NCBI RefSeq assembly: GCF_004010195.1
Contig: NC_057718.1
Coordinates: 100,394,612 to 100,414,611 of the forward strand
Direction of reading: 5' to 3'
DNA length: 20,000 nucleotides
Source: Chiloscyllium plagiosum
Lineage: Eukaryota
Positions 11,274 to 20,000 of this stretch are shown here, piece by piece (the first letter of the stretch is position 1; each line of letters begins with the position of its first letter). The position numbers were made by a program, and so were the translations under genes. The notes under the pieces were generated by a model. That model had not been told where the DNA came from. It was given only the letters and a program-made list of their open reading frames with translations, and searched no databases.

Positions 11274-11566
11274 TGGAGGAGTCCAAAACTAGAGGGTATA
11301 GGTTTCAGGAGAGAGGGAAGAGATATAAATGGGACTGAAGTGGCATTTTTTTCATACAGAGAGTGGTGTGTATAAGGAATGAGCTGCCAGAGGAAGTGGT
11401 TGAGGCTGGTACAATGACAACATTTAAGAGGCATCTGGATGTGTACATGAATAGGAAGCATTTAGAGGAATAGGCAAATGGGATTGGATTAATTTTGGAT
11501 ACCTGGTTAACATGGATGAGTTAGACCGAAGGGTCTGTTTCCGTGCTGTGTGAATCTATGACTGTG
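11274..11566 (+). mobile_element. HER1-like CR1 LINE 3' end
   Basis: Aligns with 17148-17453 and 3163-3448. Confidence 0.9.
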
Positions 11567-12277
11567 AAATGATGGTTGATCTGATGATGATCAACCTGTA
11601 ACCTCACTTAATACAGCAAAAGCCAACATTAATAGAGAAACAGTTTAGTAAGCAACATGTAGATTCAGCTAATGAATAAATGAAGCATTGCAGACTTTAA
11701 TTAATCATTCCCCATTCTTCTGAACTCCAGAGAATATGAAATCAAATTCTAACTTGACAGAACCTGGTTCAGTACTATCAGAACACCAAGGTTTCTTGCT
11801 GTTAACAGAATTTGTCCTTTAACTCTTTACTGACTGCTACAGTTAGAGTTGAAAGAACAACACTCACATTCACACATTTAACTTTAACAAAGACTGAAAC
11901 TGTTTTAATGGAGACTGCTTCTTAGTGCTGTTCCACGTGCTGTTTGACTTTTTACATCGTGCCCTGAGTGGTTTCAGTTTTTTATTCCAATACAGTACAT
12001 TATCTCTTACTCAAGCCATCAACTCAACTCTAACTGAATTGGATGAGATTTTCGAGGAGGCACTGAGATATTCAGGATTGAGCCGTAGTTTTATAAAGGA
12101 ATTTTTGGGATGGACGGAGCAGAAACTGGCCATTTGACCCAAAGATCCTATGCTATTATTTTTCCTTCATGTCAGTCTTCTTGCATCCTATTTTAAATAA
12201 ACCTATTAATGCATCCTGTTCCTGTCCTCCTCATGTCTTTCCCAGTTGTAGTGTGTTTACCACTGACCATTGCATGT

Positions 12278-12600
12278 TTAGATTATATTAGATTAGATTA
12301 CTTACAGTGTGGAAACAGGCCCTTCGGCCCAACAAGTCCACACCGCCCCGCCGAAGCGCAACCCACCCATACCCCTACATTTACCCCTTACCTAACACTA
12401 CGGGCAATTTAGCATGTCCAATTCACCTGACCTGCACATCTTTGGACTGTGGGAGGAAATCGGAGCACCCGGAGGAAACCCACGCAGACATGGGGAGAAC
12501 GTGCAAACTCCACACAGTCAGTCACCTGAGGCGGGAATTGAACCCGGCTCTCTGGCGCTGTGAGGCAGCAGTCCTAACCACTGTGCCACCATGCCGCCCA
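12278..12600 (-). mobile_element. HE1-type SINE, full length, young
   Basis: tRNA-like head with B box (rc GGGTTCAATTCC), conserved core and (TTAGA)n tail. Close match to the copies at 15740 and 18983. Confidence 0.95.
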
Positions 12601-12659
12601 CATGAATATTACAGCCTGGAGAGATGGATATTGATGGTAGAGGCTTCAACTTGATGGAG

Positions 12660-12830
12660 AGGATCTGGTTGACCACAACCCTCTCCCATTCTTACCTTTG
12701 GAAGAATTTCCAACTTGATCCTCAACCTTTTTGGCCACATGTATGAGCACACCTTCCTTGACCATCCAACATTGTAGTGGGACCTGAGCCTGAATCTCTG
12801 GCTCAGAGGCAGTCACACTACCTAATGTGA
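12660..12830 (-). mobile_element. Non-HE1 tRNA-derived SINE-like element (diverged)
   Basis: Reverse complement ggtagtgtgactgcctctgagccagagattcaggctcaggtcccac resembles the head at 4527-4575. Confidence 0.5.
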
Positions 12831-13002
12831 TTATCTCGTTTCTCCTTATATACACCCATGCTATTCACCTCAGCAACTTCCTGTGCTATTGGTGTTCTGC
12901 TGATTTTTGTGCTGCCATGGAATCCTGAACCACAATTTCAAACGGGCTGCCTTTTGTCACATCTCCTAGTCACCAGTTTTGTATTTCGACACCACTTCCC
13001 TT

Positions 13003-13600
13003 TACATTAGATTAGATTCCCTACAGTGTGGAAACAGACCCTTCAGCCCAACCAGTCCATACTGACCCTCCGAAGAGTAACCCACCCAGACCCACTTCCC
13101 TCTAACAAAGAGGTGGCACGGTGGCTCAGTGGATAGCACTGCTGCCTCACAGCCTCGAGCAACTGGCTGTGTGCACATTCTCCCTGTGTCTGTGCGGGTT
13201 TTCTCCGGGTGCTCTGGTTTCCTCCCACAATCCAAAGATGTGCAGATCAGGTGAATTGACCATGCTAAATTGTCCACAGTGTTAGGTGCATTAGTCAGAG
13301 GTAAATGGGTCACTCTTCGGAGGGCTAGTGTGGACCGGTTGGGTCAAAGGGCCTGTTTCCACACTGTAGGGAATCTAATCTAATCTAATACACCTAATGC
13401 TACGGGCAATTTAGCATGGCCAATTCACCTGGCCTGCACATCCTTGGACTGTGGAAGGAAACCGGAGCACCCGGAGGAAACCCACGCAGACCTGGGGAGA
13501 ATGTGCAAACTCCACACAGACAGTCACCCAAGGCTGGAATCAAACCTAGGACCTTGGTGCTGTGAGGCAGCAGTGCTAACCACTGAGCCACCGTGCCACC
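13003..13600 (-). mobile_element. HE1-type SINE split into 13003-13106 and 13389-13600 by a nested opposite-strand HE1
   Basis: The tail part (ttagattagattccctacagtgtggaaacag...ccctctaac) and the head part (acacctaatgctacgggcaatttagc...gagccaccgtgccacc) join into one colinear copy. Confidence 0.9.
13110..13388 (+). mobile_element. HE1-type SINE nested in inverted orientation (B-box region deleted)
   Basis: ggtggcacggtggctcagtgg...ggcctgtttccacactgtagggaatctaatctaatctaat. Confidence 0.9.
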
Positions 13601-13719
13601 TCTCTGAAGCTACTGGCCTTTGTTGCTGTAGCTGTCCACAGTTGGGCTCATTTCAGAGCAACTGGAGTTCTTGTCCGTCAGAAAATTTTTCAAAAAGACA
13701 CACAAATTTGAAGCAACAC

Positions 13720-13990
13720 TGAAACATTTGGCCCCTCAAGCCTGGTACATCATTCAATACGATCGCAGACGATCTAACTATGGCCTCAGCTCCTAATTTC
13801 TGATCACCAATGACTCCTGTGTTGCTCAAGAATCCACCCATCTCTGTATTAAAACAACTCAACACTCCTGTCTCTACTGCTCATGTGGTGGCTGGGGGTG
13901 AGAGTTGCAAAGACCAACAGTCCTTAGAAAGAAAGAAAGTTGCTCCTCATCTCTGTCTTAACTAGGACACCATTTTTGCTAAGTGTTAAT
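13720..13990 (-). mobile_element. Old CR1 LINE 3' fragment
   Basis: catttggcccctcaagcctg...cattcaatacgatc...ctcctcatctctgtctta, similar to 1410-1750 and 18181-18280. Confidence 0.6.
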
Positions 13991-14729
13991 CCTTGAAATA
14001 GTCACTTCTGGGCAGAATGGTGAAGAGAAAATGTTTGGAATCATTTAAGAAACAGTAGCATATTAAGTTAGAGGACAAAATAATGTTAGAAAAGAACAAG
14101 GTAGATGTGCCAATTCTTTTTTTCTGCTGTACTTACCACCGTAGACAACATCAGAAATGAAAATGTAAATGCATTTACTGCCTTTAAGGAGATGTGATAT
14201 TAACAGTGCAGAGGTATGTACATTGAATAATTAACAACAGGATATTTATTAAGTTTACACTCTCCTTCCTCTTTGTATTAGTTCATCTTGCCTTCAGCTC
14301 ACACCCTAGAAATTGGTTTTTATTTTAATAATTGATCTCAGAGACACTGTGAATTTCTCCTGCTCTGCCACGTTGGCACTGTAAATAGAAATGCATTTTT
14401 TAAATTGGCAGTTTCAGGAAGGGTGTATCTGTCAGCAGTGGTTGTGGTGAAGGCAACACTCAGCGCTGATAACATTTATTTATAATCCATCCGGCTGGAG
14501 AAGGAAAATGATACTCCCATTTGTGCCCAGTTGCCACGTTCTCTGGAGCATCTTGAAGATCTGCGCACGTTCGGTTCCTTTTCGGAAGATATTGACTGCT
14601 GAAGTCAAAGATGGATACAGAGCAAATTGAGGCCACTTATTCCCTATGCAATCCCCAACTTTTTGACAGGGCCATCCAATTGGTCACATCTACCCTGCAA
14701 GGTTTGCTTCCTGAAGTCACCTTTCGAAA

Positions 14730-14897
14730 GATGAAGCGTTTCGAGAGCGGGCGGGAACGGGGGCCAAGAATGGTTCCAGAATGTAGGACTTCAGTGTCAC
14801 GGACAGACTGGAGAAGATCAGGCTGTTCTTCAGAGAGAGAGAGAGGTTTGAGAGGCGATATCATAGAGATGCTCAAAATCATGAGGTGCATGAACAG
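14730..14897 (+). mobile_element. Old CR1 ORF2 C-terminal fragment with a GA expansion
   Basis: Translates to RMVPE...RGLRGDIIEMLKIMRCMNR, which accounts for the middle of ORF 14611-15075. Confidence 0.75.
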
Positions 14898-14924
14898 AGA
14901 GAGAGAGAGCGAGAGAGGAGAAAC

Positions 14925-15375
14925 TCACAGGGTCATCAAGGTTTTGTACCACACAGAAAGAAGCCTTTTGGCCTGTTGTATCCTGTTTGTCATCAAACAT
15001 CCATCTATCCTAATCACATTTCCTCAGGCTTGGCCTGCAGTCCTGTATGCTGTGGTATTTCAAGTGTTCATCTAACTATCCCTTCAAAGTCTTGAGAGTT
15101 CCTGACACTCACCACCCTCGAGTGAAAAGGCTTCCTCCTGCTCATGATCCTAAAACACTGTCCCCTGCATATTGACCTCTTTCCCAATGGGAAACGTTCG
15201 TCCCTACCTACCCTCCTCAGAATGTCGTACACCTCAATCAGGTCTCCCCTCACCTCCCTCTGCTCTGAGGAATGCAACTCCAGTCTGTCCTATCTCTCTT
15301 CATGACTGAATCGCTCCAGCACAGGCAACATCCTGGTGAGTCTCCTCCGCACTCTCTCCAATGGAACCACATGCT
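14925..15375 (-). mobile_element. Old CR1 LINE 3' fragment
   Basis: ORF 15068-15277(-) contains EQREVRGDLIEVYDILR. Upstream rc gagagagtgcggaggagactcaccaggatgttgcctg encodes ERVRRRLTRMLP. Confidence 0.85.
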
Positions 15376-15479
15376 ACTTTCTGTCCTTGCTCTTCTCTTT
15401 CTTCAGACTCTGTAAGCTGTGCTCTCTCAAGCTGTCCATCTCTCCTTAGGGACACCTTCCTGTCTCGATAGAAACCCGG

Positions 15480-16085
15480 CTCACCCTGGTAGAGGATGGA
15501 GATTGGCCACCAATTTAAGATGACCAGCAAGTAAACCCAAGATGACATGGTGGAATAGCTTTTCAGCGCAGTGAGTGTTCGAGGATCAGAAACGGGCGGC
15601 CAGAGAGTGGAGTGGAGACAGATTCAATCGTGTGTTTTTCAAACATGAGGCCGAATATTAGCTCCCGAAGAGAAAACAGATAGAGGGATTCCAGGAAAGG
15701 GCTGGCAGTGGGATGAGTCTGAAAGAGAACCACAGGGGCTAGATTAGATTACTTACAGTGTGGAAACAGGCCCTTTGGCCCAACAAGTCCACACGCCCCG
15801 TCAAAGCGCAACCCACCCAGACCCATTCCCCTACACCTAACACTTTGGGCAATTTAGCATGGCCAATTCACCGGACCTGCACATCTTTGGACTGTGGGAG
15901 TAAACCGGAGCACCCTGGAGGAAACCCACGCAGACACGGGGAGAATGTGCAAACCCCACACAGTCAGTCGCCTGAGGCAGGAACTGAACCCGGGTCTCTG
16001 GCGCTGTGAGGCAGCAGTGCTAACCACTGTGCCACAGTGCCGCCCAATGGGTGATGGGTCCAGCAGCCTGGTTCTGCTGCAAATA
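15480..16085 (+). mobile_element. Old CR1 3' remnant interrupted by the HE1 at 15740-16046
   Basis: ccctggtagagg...caccaatttaag...gtggagacagattcaatcg...ggaaagggctggcagtggga, with tail-like gatgggtccagcagcctggttctgctg resuming after the SINE. Confidence 0.55.
15740..16046 (-). mobile_element. HE1-type SINE, full length
   Basis: Head, core and (TAGAT)n tail as in the other copies. Confidence 0.95.
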
Positions 16086-16214
16086 CTTTGATTCAATTAA
16101 TCTGCTTCAGCCCTGAGGCCCTGTTTCAGGCAGTGTAGTCTGGGTGATAATTGCACGATAACCAGAAGGTAACGAGAGCTGCTCAGCTCCTGCTGAGGGC
16201 TGTGAGATTTTCTT

Positions 16215-16495
16215 TTTTCTTATATTTTTCCTGGGATGTGGTGGAAAAATCAATATCTGTTGCCCATCCCTAATTGACCTTGAACTGAGTGGCTTACCAG
16301 ACCAGTTCAGAGTTAAGACTTGGCCAGTTTGCCCATGGGTCTAGATTAAGCAAGCACAGCAGATTTCCTTCCGCTGTGAACCGGATATGGGTAATCAGCA
16401 CTGTGACTGGCATTGGATTCATTTATCGAATTTAAATTCTATCTGCTCCCATGGTGGGATTTGAACACGCAGTCCCAGAGTATTAGTCTGGGATT
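16215..16495 (-). mobile_element. tRNA-derived SINE (third type) sharing its 3' tail with the LINE at 4983-5540
   Basis: B box rc gtgttcaaatcccaccatgg at 16449-16468. Tail gggatgtgg...ttgcccatccctaattgaccttga is the reverse complement of the motif at 19468-19520. Confidence 0.65.
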
Positions 16496-17453
16496 TGGAT
16501 GTGAGCATAAGAGGTACAGTTAGTAAGTTTGCAGATGACACCAAAATTGGAGGTGTAGTGGACAGCAAAGAAGTTTACCACAGATTACAAAGGGATCTTA
16601 ATCAGGTGGGCCAATGGGCTGAGGAGTGGCAGATGGAGTTTAATTTAGATAAATGCAAGGTGTTGTACTTTGAGAAAGCAAATCTTAGCAGGACTTATAC
16701 ACTGGTATAGAATGATAAGGTCTACGGAGTGTTGCTGAACAAAGAGACCTTGGAGTGCAGGTTCATAGCTCCTTGAAAGTGGAGTCACAGGTAGATAGGT
16801 TAGGGAAGAAGGCGTTTGGTATGCTTTCCTTTATTGGTCAGAGTATTGAGTACAGGAGTTGGGAGGTCATGTTACAGCTGTATAGGACATTGATTAAGCC
16901 AGTTTTGGAATATTGTGTACAATTCTGGTCTCCTTCCTATCGAAAGGCTGTTGTGAAACTTGGAAGGGTTCAGAAAAGATTGACAAGGATGCTGCCAGGT
17001 TTGGAGGATTTGAGCCAAAGGGAGAGGTTGAATAAGCTGGGGCTGTTTACCCTGGAGCATTGGAGGCTGAGGGGTGACCTTATAGAGGTTTACAAAGTTA
17101 TGAGGGGCATGGATAGGACAAATAGACAAGTCATTTCCCTGGGGTGAGGGAGTCCAGAACTAGAGAGCATAGGTTTAGGGTGAGAGGGGAAAGATATAAA
17201 AGAGACCTAAGGGGCAACATTTTCACACAGAGGGTGGTATGTGTATGAAATGAGCTGCCAGAGGAAATGATGGAGGCTAGTATAATTGCAACATTTAAAA
17301 GGCATCTAGATTGGTGTATGAATAGGAAAGGTTTGGAGGGATATGGGCTGGGTGCTGGCAGGTGGGACTAGATTGGGTTGGGATATCTGGTCGGCATGGA
17401 CGAGTTGGAGTGAAGGGTCTGTTTCCATGCTGTACATCTCCATGACTCTATGA
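16492..17453 (+). mobile_element. HER1-like CR1 LINE, ~960-bp 5'-truncated copy (frameshifted RT C-terminus plus 3' UTR)
   Basis: ORFs 16495-16710 (SKFADDTKIGG...WQMEFNLDKCKV) and 16755-17147 (LYRTLIKPVLEYCVQFWSP...RLRGDLIEVYKVMRG). Its tail gaagggtctgtttccatgctgta resembles the HE1 3' end aagggcctgtttccacactgta. Confidence 0.95.
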
Positions 17454-17806
17454 TATCACCACCTCCCCCTCTTGATTAGCAAGTTAATGTCTTCAGGAAT
17501 GATCAGCCAGGGTGGATGGGAATTAGCTGGGGTAGATGGACAAGTGAACGTTGGAGAGTTATGGTAGCAGTGGTGAGGACATGGGGATGTGGAGAAGATG
17601 CAAGGTTTGTGTGTAAAGAAATGTACAATTGTATAGGGGCTGGGAGGTACATGGAGGGTAATGCATGTCTTAGATTAGATTACTTACAGTGTGGAAACAA
17701 GTCCACACCAACCCGCCAAAGCGCAACCCACCCAGACCCATTCCCCTACATTTACCCCTTCACCTAACTCTATGGGCAATTTAGCATGGCCAATTCACCT
17801 AACCTG

Positions 17807-17979
17807 GATTAGTGGTGCTGGAAGAGCACAGCAGGTCAGGCAGCATCCGAGGAGCAGCGAAATCGACGTTTCGGGCAAAAGCCCTTCATCAGGAATAAAT
17901 GCAGTGAGCCTGAAGTGTGGAGAGATAAGCTAGAGGAGGGTGGGGGTGGGGAGAAAGTAGCATAAGCAAATGTGGCTGA
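17807..17979 (-). mobile_element. Penelope-like element terminal fragment with a 17-bp target-site duplication
   Basis: ccaattcacctaacctg is duplicated at 17790-17806 and 17980-17996. The insert contains a hammerhead motif and is homologous to 18618-18682. Confidence 0.8.
17860..17897 (-). ncRNA. Minimal type I hammerhead ribozyme motif (PLE-type)
   Basis: Minus strand reads auuc-CUGAUGA-A-GGGC-UUUU-GCCC-GAA-ACGU-C-gauu: intact catalytic core, 4-bp stem II, palindromic ACGU stem III and GUC cleavage triplet. Stem I is weak. Confidence 0.75.
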
Positions 17980-18180
17980 CCAATTCACCTAACCTGCACA
18001 TTTTTGGACTGTGGGAGGAAACCGGAGCACCCGGAGGAAACCCACGCAGAATGTACTAACTCCACACAGAGAGTCGCCTGAGGCAGGAATTGAACCCGGG
18101 TCTCTGGCGCAGTGAGGCAGCAGTGCTAACCACTGAGCCACCACGCCGCCCACTAAAACTTTGTCCATAAAACTTTGTAT

Positions 18181-18500
18181 CAGGACCATTCAGCCCATCA
18201 AGCATGCTTCACCATTCTTCCATAAGATTGTGACTGATCCTCAACTCCACTTTCCTTTCTGATTAAAGAAATCTGTCACCTAATCTGTCCATAGTAGGTG
18301 AGCAGAAACACAGATTCGTTACAGTACAGAGGGAGGCTGTTCAGCCCATCATGTCTACACTGGCTCACTAAATGAGCAACATGACTGAGAGCCATCCGCC
18401 TGCCTTTTCCCTTGTTTCTATTTGGATAACCTTCCGATGGTCCTCTGTAATGGCTTAATTGAACCTGCCTCCATCACATTTCCAGGCAGCACATTCTGAT
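18181..18500 (-). mobile_element. Two adjacent old CR1 3' tail remnants (about 18181-18280 and 18310-18500)
   Basis: Each begins with the rc tail motif (ccattcagcccatcaag; ggctgttcagcccatcatg). cctgcctccatcacatttccaggcagcacattc resembles 6697-6730. Confidence 0.65.
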
Positions 18501-18560
18501 GTTGTCAGGAAGTAACTCCAATTCTGTGGAGGAAAGATAAATTCAGGACGCTAAACGTTT

Positions 18561-18594
<34 letters not shown>
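18561..18594 (+). repeat. (TG)9(AG)8 compound microsatellite
   Basis: Direct reading of the sequence. Confidence 0.95.
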
Positions 18595-18595
<1 letters not shown>

Positions 18596-18617
18596 TGGAG
18601 GTTGAGGAGAAAGTGAG

Positions 18618-18682
18618 GGCTGGAGATCAGAGTCGGAGAGGGCGGTGCTGGAAAAGCACAGCCGGTCAGGCAGCATCCGAGG
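18618..18682 (-). mobile_element. Short Penelope-like terminal fragment, truncated before the hammerhead
   Basis: ggtgctggaaaagcacagccggtcaggcagcatccgagg is nearly identical to 17814-17852. Confidence 0.75.
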
Positions 18683-18982
18683 TTGAGATGGGATTAAGAC
18701 TGGTAGGGATGGAGCTGGAGACGGTGATAGTGTGTAGGGAGTAGCGGGGTTTGCTTTAGAGGCTAGCTGCGTGTTTAGGTGAGATGTTCCTGAGGACATT
18801 TGTTCCAGTTAATATTGGTATCGAAAAATGTTGGCGTTCAAAGTGTAATTGGGGTGTAGGAGCAGCTGTTATGGGAGAGGAGAGGTATTTGTGGGCTAGG
18901 TGAGGGATGAACATGAACGAGGCAAATGAGGTTGATTTTTTTGTGGGGTGCACTTGCAGAGGGCATGTGTATAAGTGGATTG

Positions 18983-19292
18983 TTACATTACTTACAGTGT
19001 GGAAACAGGCCCTTCGGCCCAACAAGTCCACACCGACCCGCCGAAGTGCAACCCACCCAGACCCATTCCCTTACATTTACCCCTTCACTGGACACTACGG
19101 GCAATTTAGCATGGCCAATTCACCTAACCTGCATCTTTTTCGACTGTGGGAGGAAACCGGAGCACACAGAGGGAACTCACGCAGACAAGGGGAGAATGTG
19201 CAAACTCTACACAGTCAGTCGCCTGAGGCGGGAATTGAACCCGGGTCTCTGGCACTGTGAGGCAGCAGTGCTAACCACTGTGCCACCATGCC
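18983..19292 (-). mobile_element. HE1-type SINE, full length
   Basis: Close match to 12290-12595. Confidence 0.95.
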
Positions 19293-19429
19293 AGCCAATT
19301 GTTGTGTATTCGGTAACAGGAAACTTGGATAGATGTATATGTCCTGGGATTTTGTAATGTCTGGGGGATGGGGGTGGGGGGGTAAATCAATGTGTAAAGA
19401 CCCCCCCCCCCACTCCCCCCATTCTGAGT

Positions 19430-19548
19430 CCATCTAAAGCACAACATAGCGGCTCATTACCACCCTCTCAAGGGCAATTAAGGATGGGCAATAAGTGCTG
19501 GTGCAGCCTGTGATGCCCAAGTCCCATGAATGAATGAATGAAATAAAA
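19430..19548 (+). mobile_element. LINE/SINE shared 3' tail ending in (TGAA)n
   Basis: ctcaagggcaattaaggatgggcaataagtgctgg...tcccatgaatgaatgaatgaaataaaa. Reverse-complement copies at about 4983, 8430 and 16225. Confidence 0.7.
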
Positions 19549-19711
19549 GGGGAGATGTGTGGTAGCTGGGGACACCAGATTATGTCATGGAGAGTATGAA
19601 TGAACGTGAGCATGTGACTGGGATAAAGTGAGCGACAGAGTGATGGGTGTGTCTGGGGCGGGAGAGACGTATGATGGGCAAGATGATTGATTGCCCTTCA
19701 ACCATGATGAG

Positions 19712-19801
19712 GTTAAAAATCACACAACACCAGGTTATAGTCCAACAGGTTTAATTGGAAACTCACGAGCTTTCGGAGCGTCGCTCCTTCATCCACCTGA
19801 T
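19712..19801 (-). mobile_element. Penelope-like terminal fragment (same family as 10172-10372) with a broken hammerhead core
   Basis: ccaggttatagtccaacaggtt is identical to 10216-10237. Minus strand reads GAUGA-A-GGAGC-GAC-GCUCC-GAA-AGCU-C-gug. Confidence 0.8.
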
Positions 19802-20000
19802 TGGAGAGATGTGAACACAGTCAGAGATAGAGACAGAAAGAGGAAAGGCAGCAGCAGGCAGTGATCTGAGTGGAAACAGGGAGAGACAAAGGCAGAAAGC
19901 AGAGAGATCAAGGGTAGGATTGAGGGAGGGGAGAGATGACATGAGAGATTAAGGGATGGGGAAGAGCGTGAGGGGAAGAACGTGAGGGGGGAGAAAGATT

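Larger units (their letters stand above)
17670..18152 (-). mobile_element. HE1-type SINE interrupted by a Penelope-like insert
   Basis: Head 17980-18152 with intact A box (rc TGGCTCAGTGG) and B box (rc GGTTCAATTCC). Tail part at 17670-17806. Confidence 0.95.

Noticed and set aside
14611..15075. Longest ORF (154 aa) as a single-exon gene
   Set aside because: Beyond about codon 40 it runs through a plus-strand CR1 remnant, a GA microsatellite and a minus-strand CR1 tail, so it is a chance composite.
16495..17147. Reverse transcriptase ORFs as an active gene or a prokaryotic retron/DGR-type system
   Set aside because: A 5'-truncated, frameshifted CR1 LINE in a vertebrate repeat context.
12271..17670. 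TGCATGT next to the tails of two HE1 copies (12271 and 17662) as a target-site preference
   Set aside because: Only two of eight copies show it and there are no clear TSDs, which is compatible with chance.
18154..18178. Short direct repeat taaaactttgt x2
   Set aside because: A simple local duplication with no array or spacer structure (not CRISPR-like).
12307..19357. Recurrent ORFs such as MWKQALRPNKST..., MAQWLALLPHS... and LDCGRKPEHPEETHAD...
   Set aside because: They are translations of HE1 SINE copies, not a gene family.

Overview
Eukaryotic, repeat-dense, largely non-coding DNA (intronic or intergenic), very likely from a cartilaginous fish (shark). It carries 8 HE1-type tRNA-derived SINEs with (TAGAT)n or related tails, young and old CR1-clade (HER1-like) LINE fragments, a Rex1/Babar LINE 3' end, a second LINE/SINE pair sharing a (TGAA)n-ending tail, and several Penelope-like element (PLE) terminal fragments. 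No intact protein-coding gene can be supported: most listed ORFs are read-throughs of SINEs or decayed RT fragments, and only weak exon candidates exist. The most notable signal is a set of minimal hammerhead ribozyme motifs (CUGAUGA / stem II / GAAA / palindromic 4-nt stem III) in the PLE-like fragments. One has an intact core (17860-17897, minus strand) and sits in a 173-bp insert with a 17-bp target-site duplication inside an HE1 SINE. Two decayed copies lie head-to-head in a 166-bp palindrome, and another copy is collapsed. Family names come from recognition of motifs, not from database searches, and the boundaries of old repeats are approximate.
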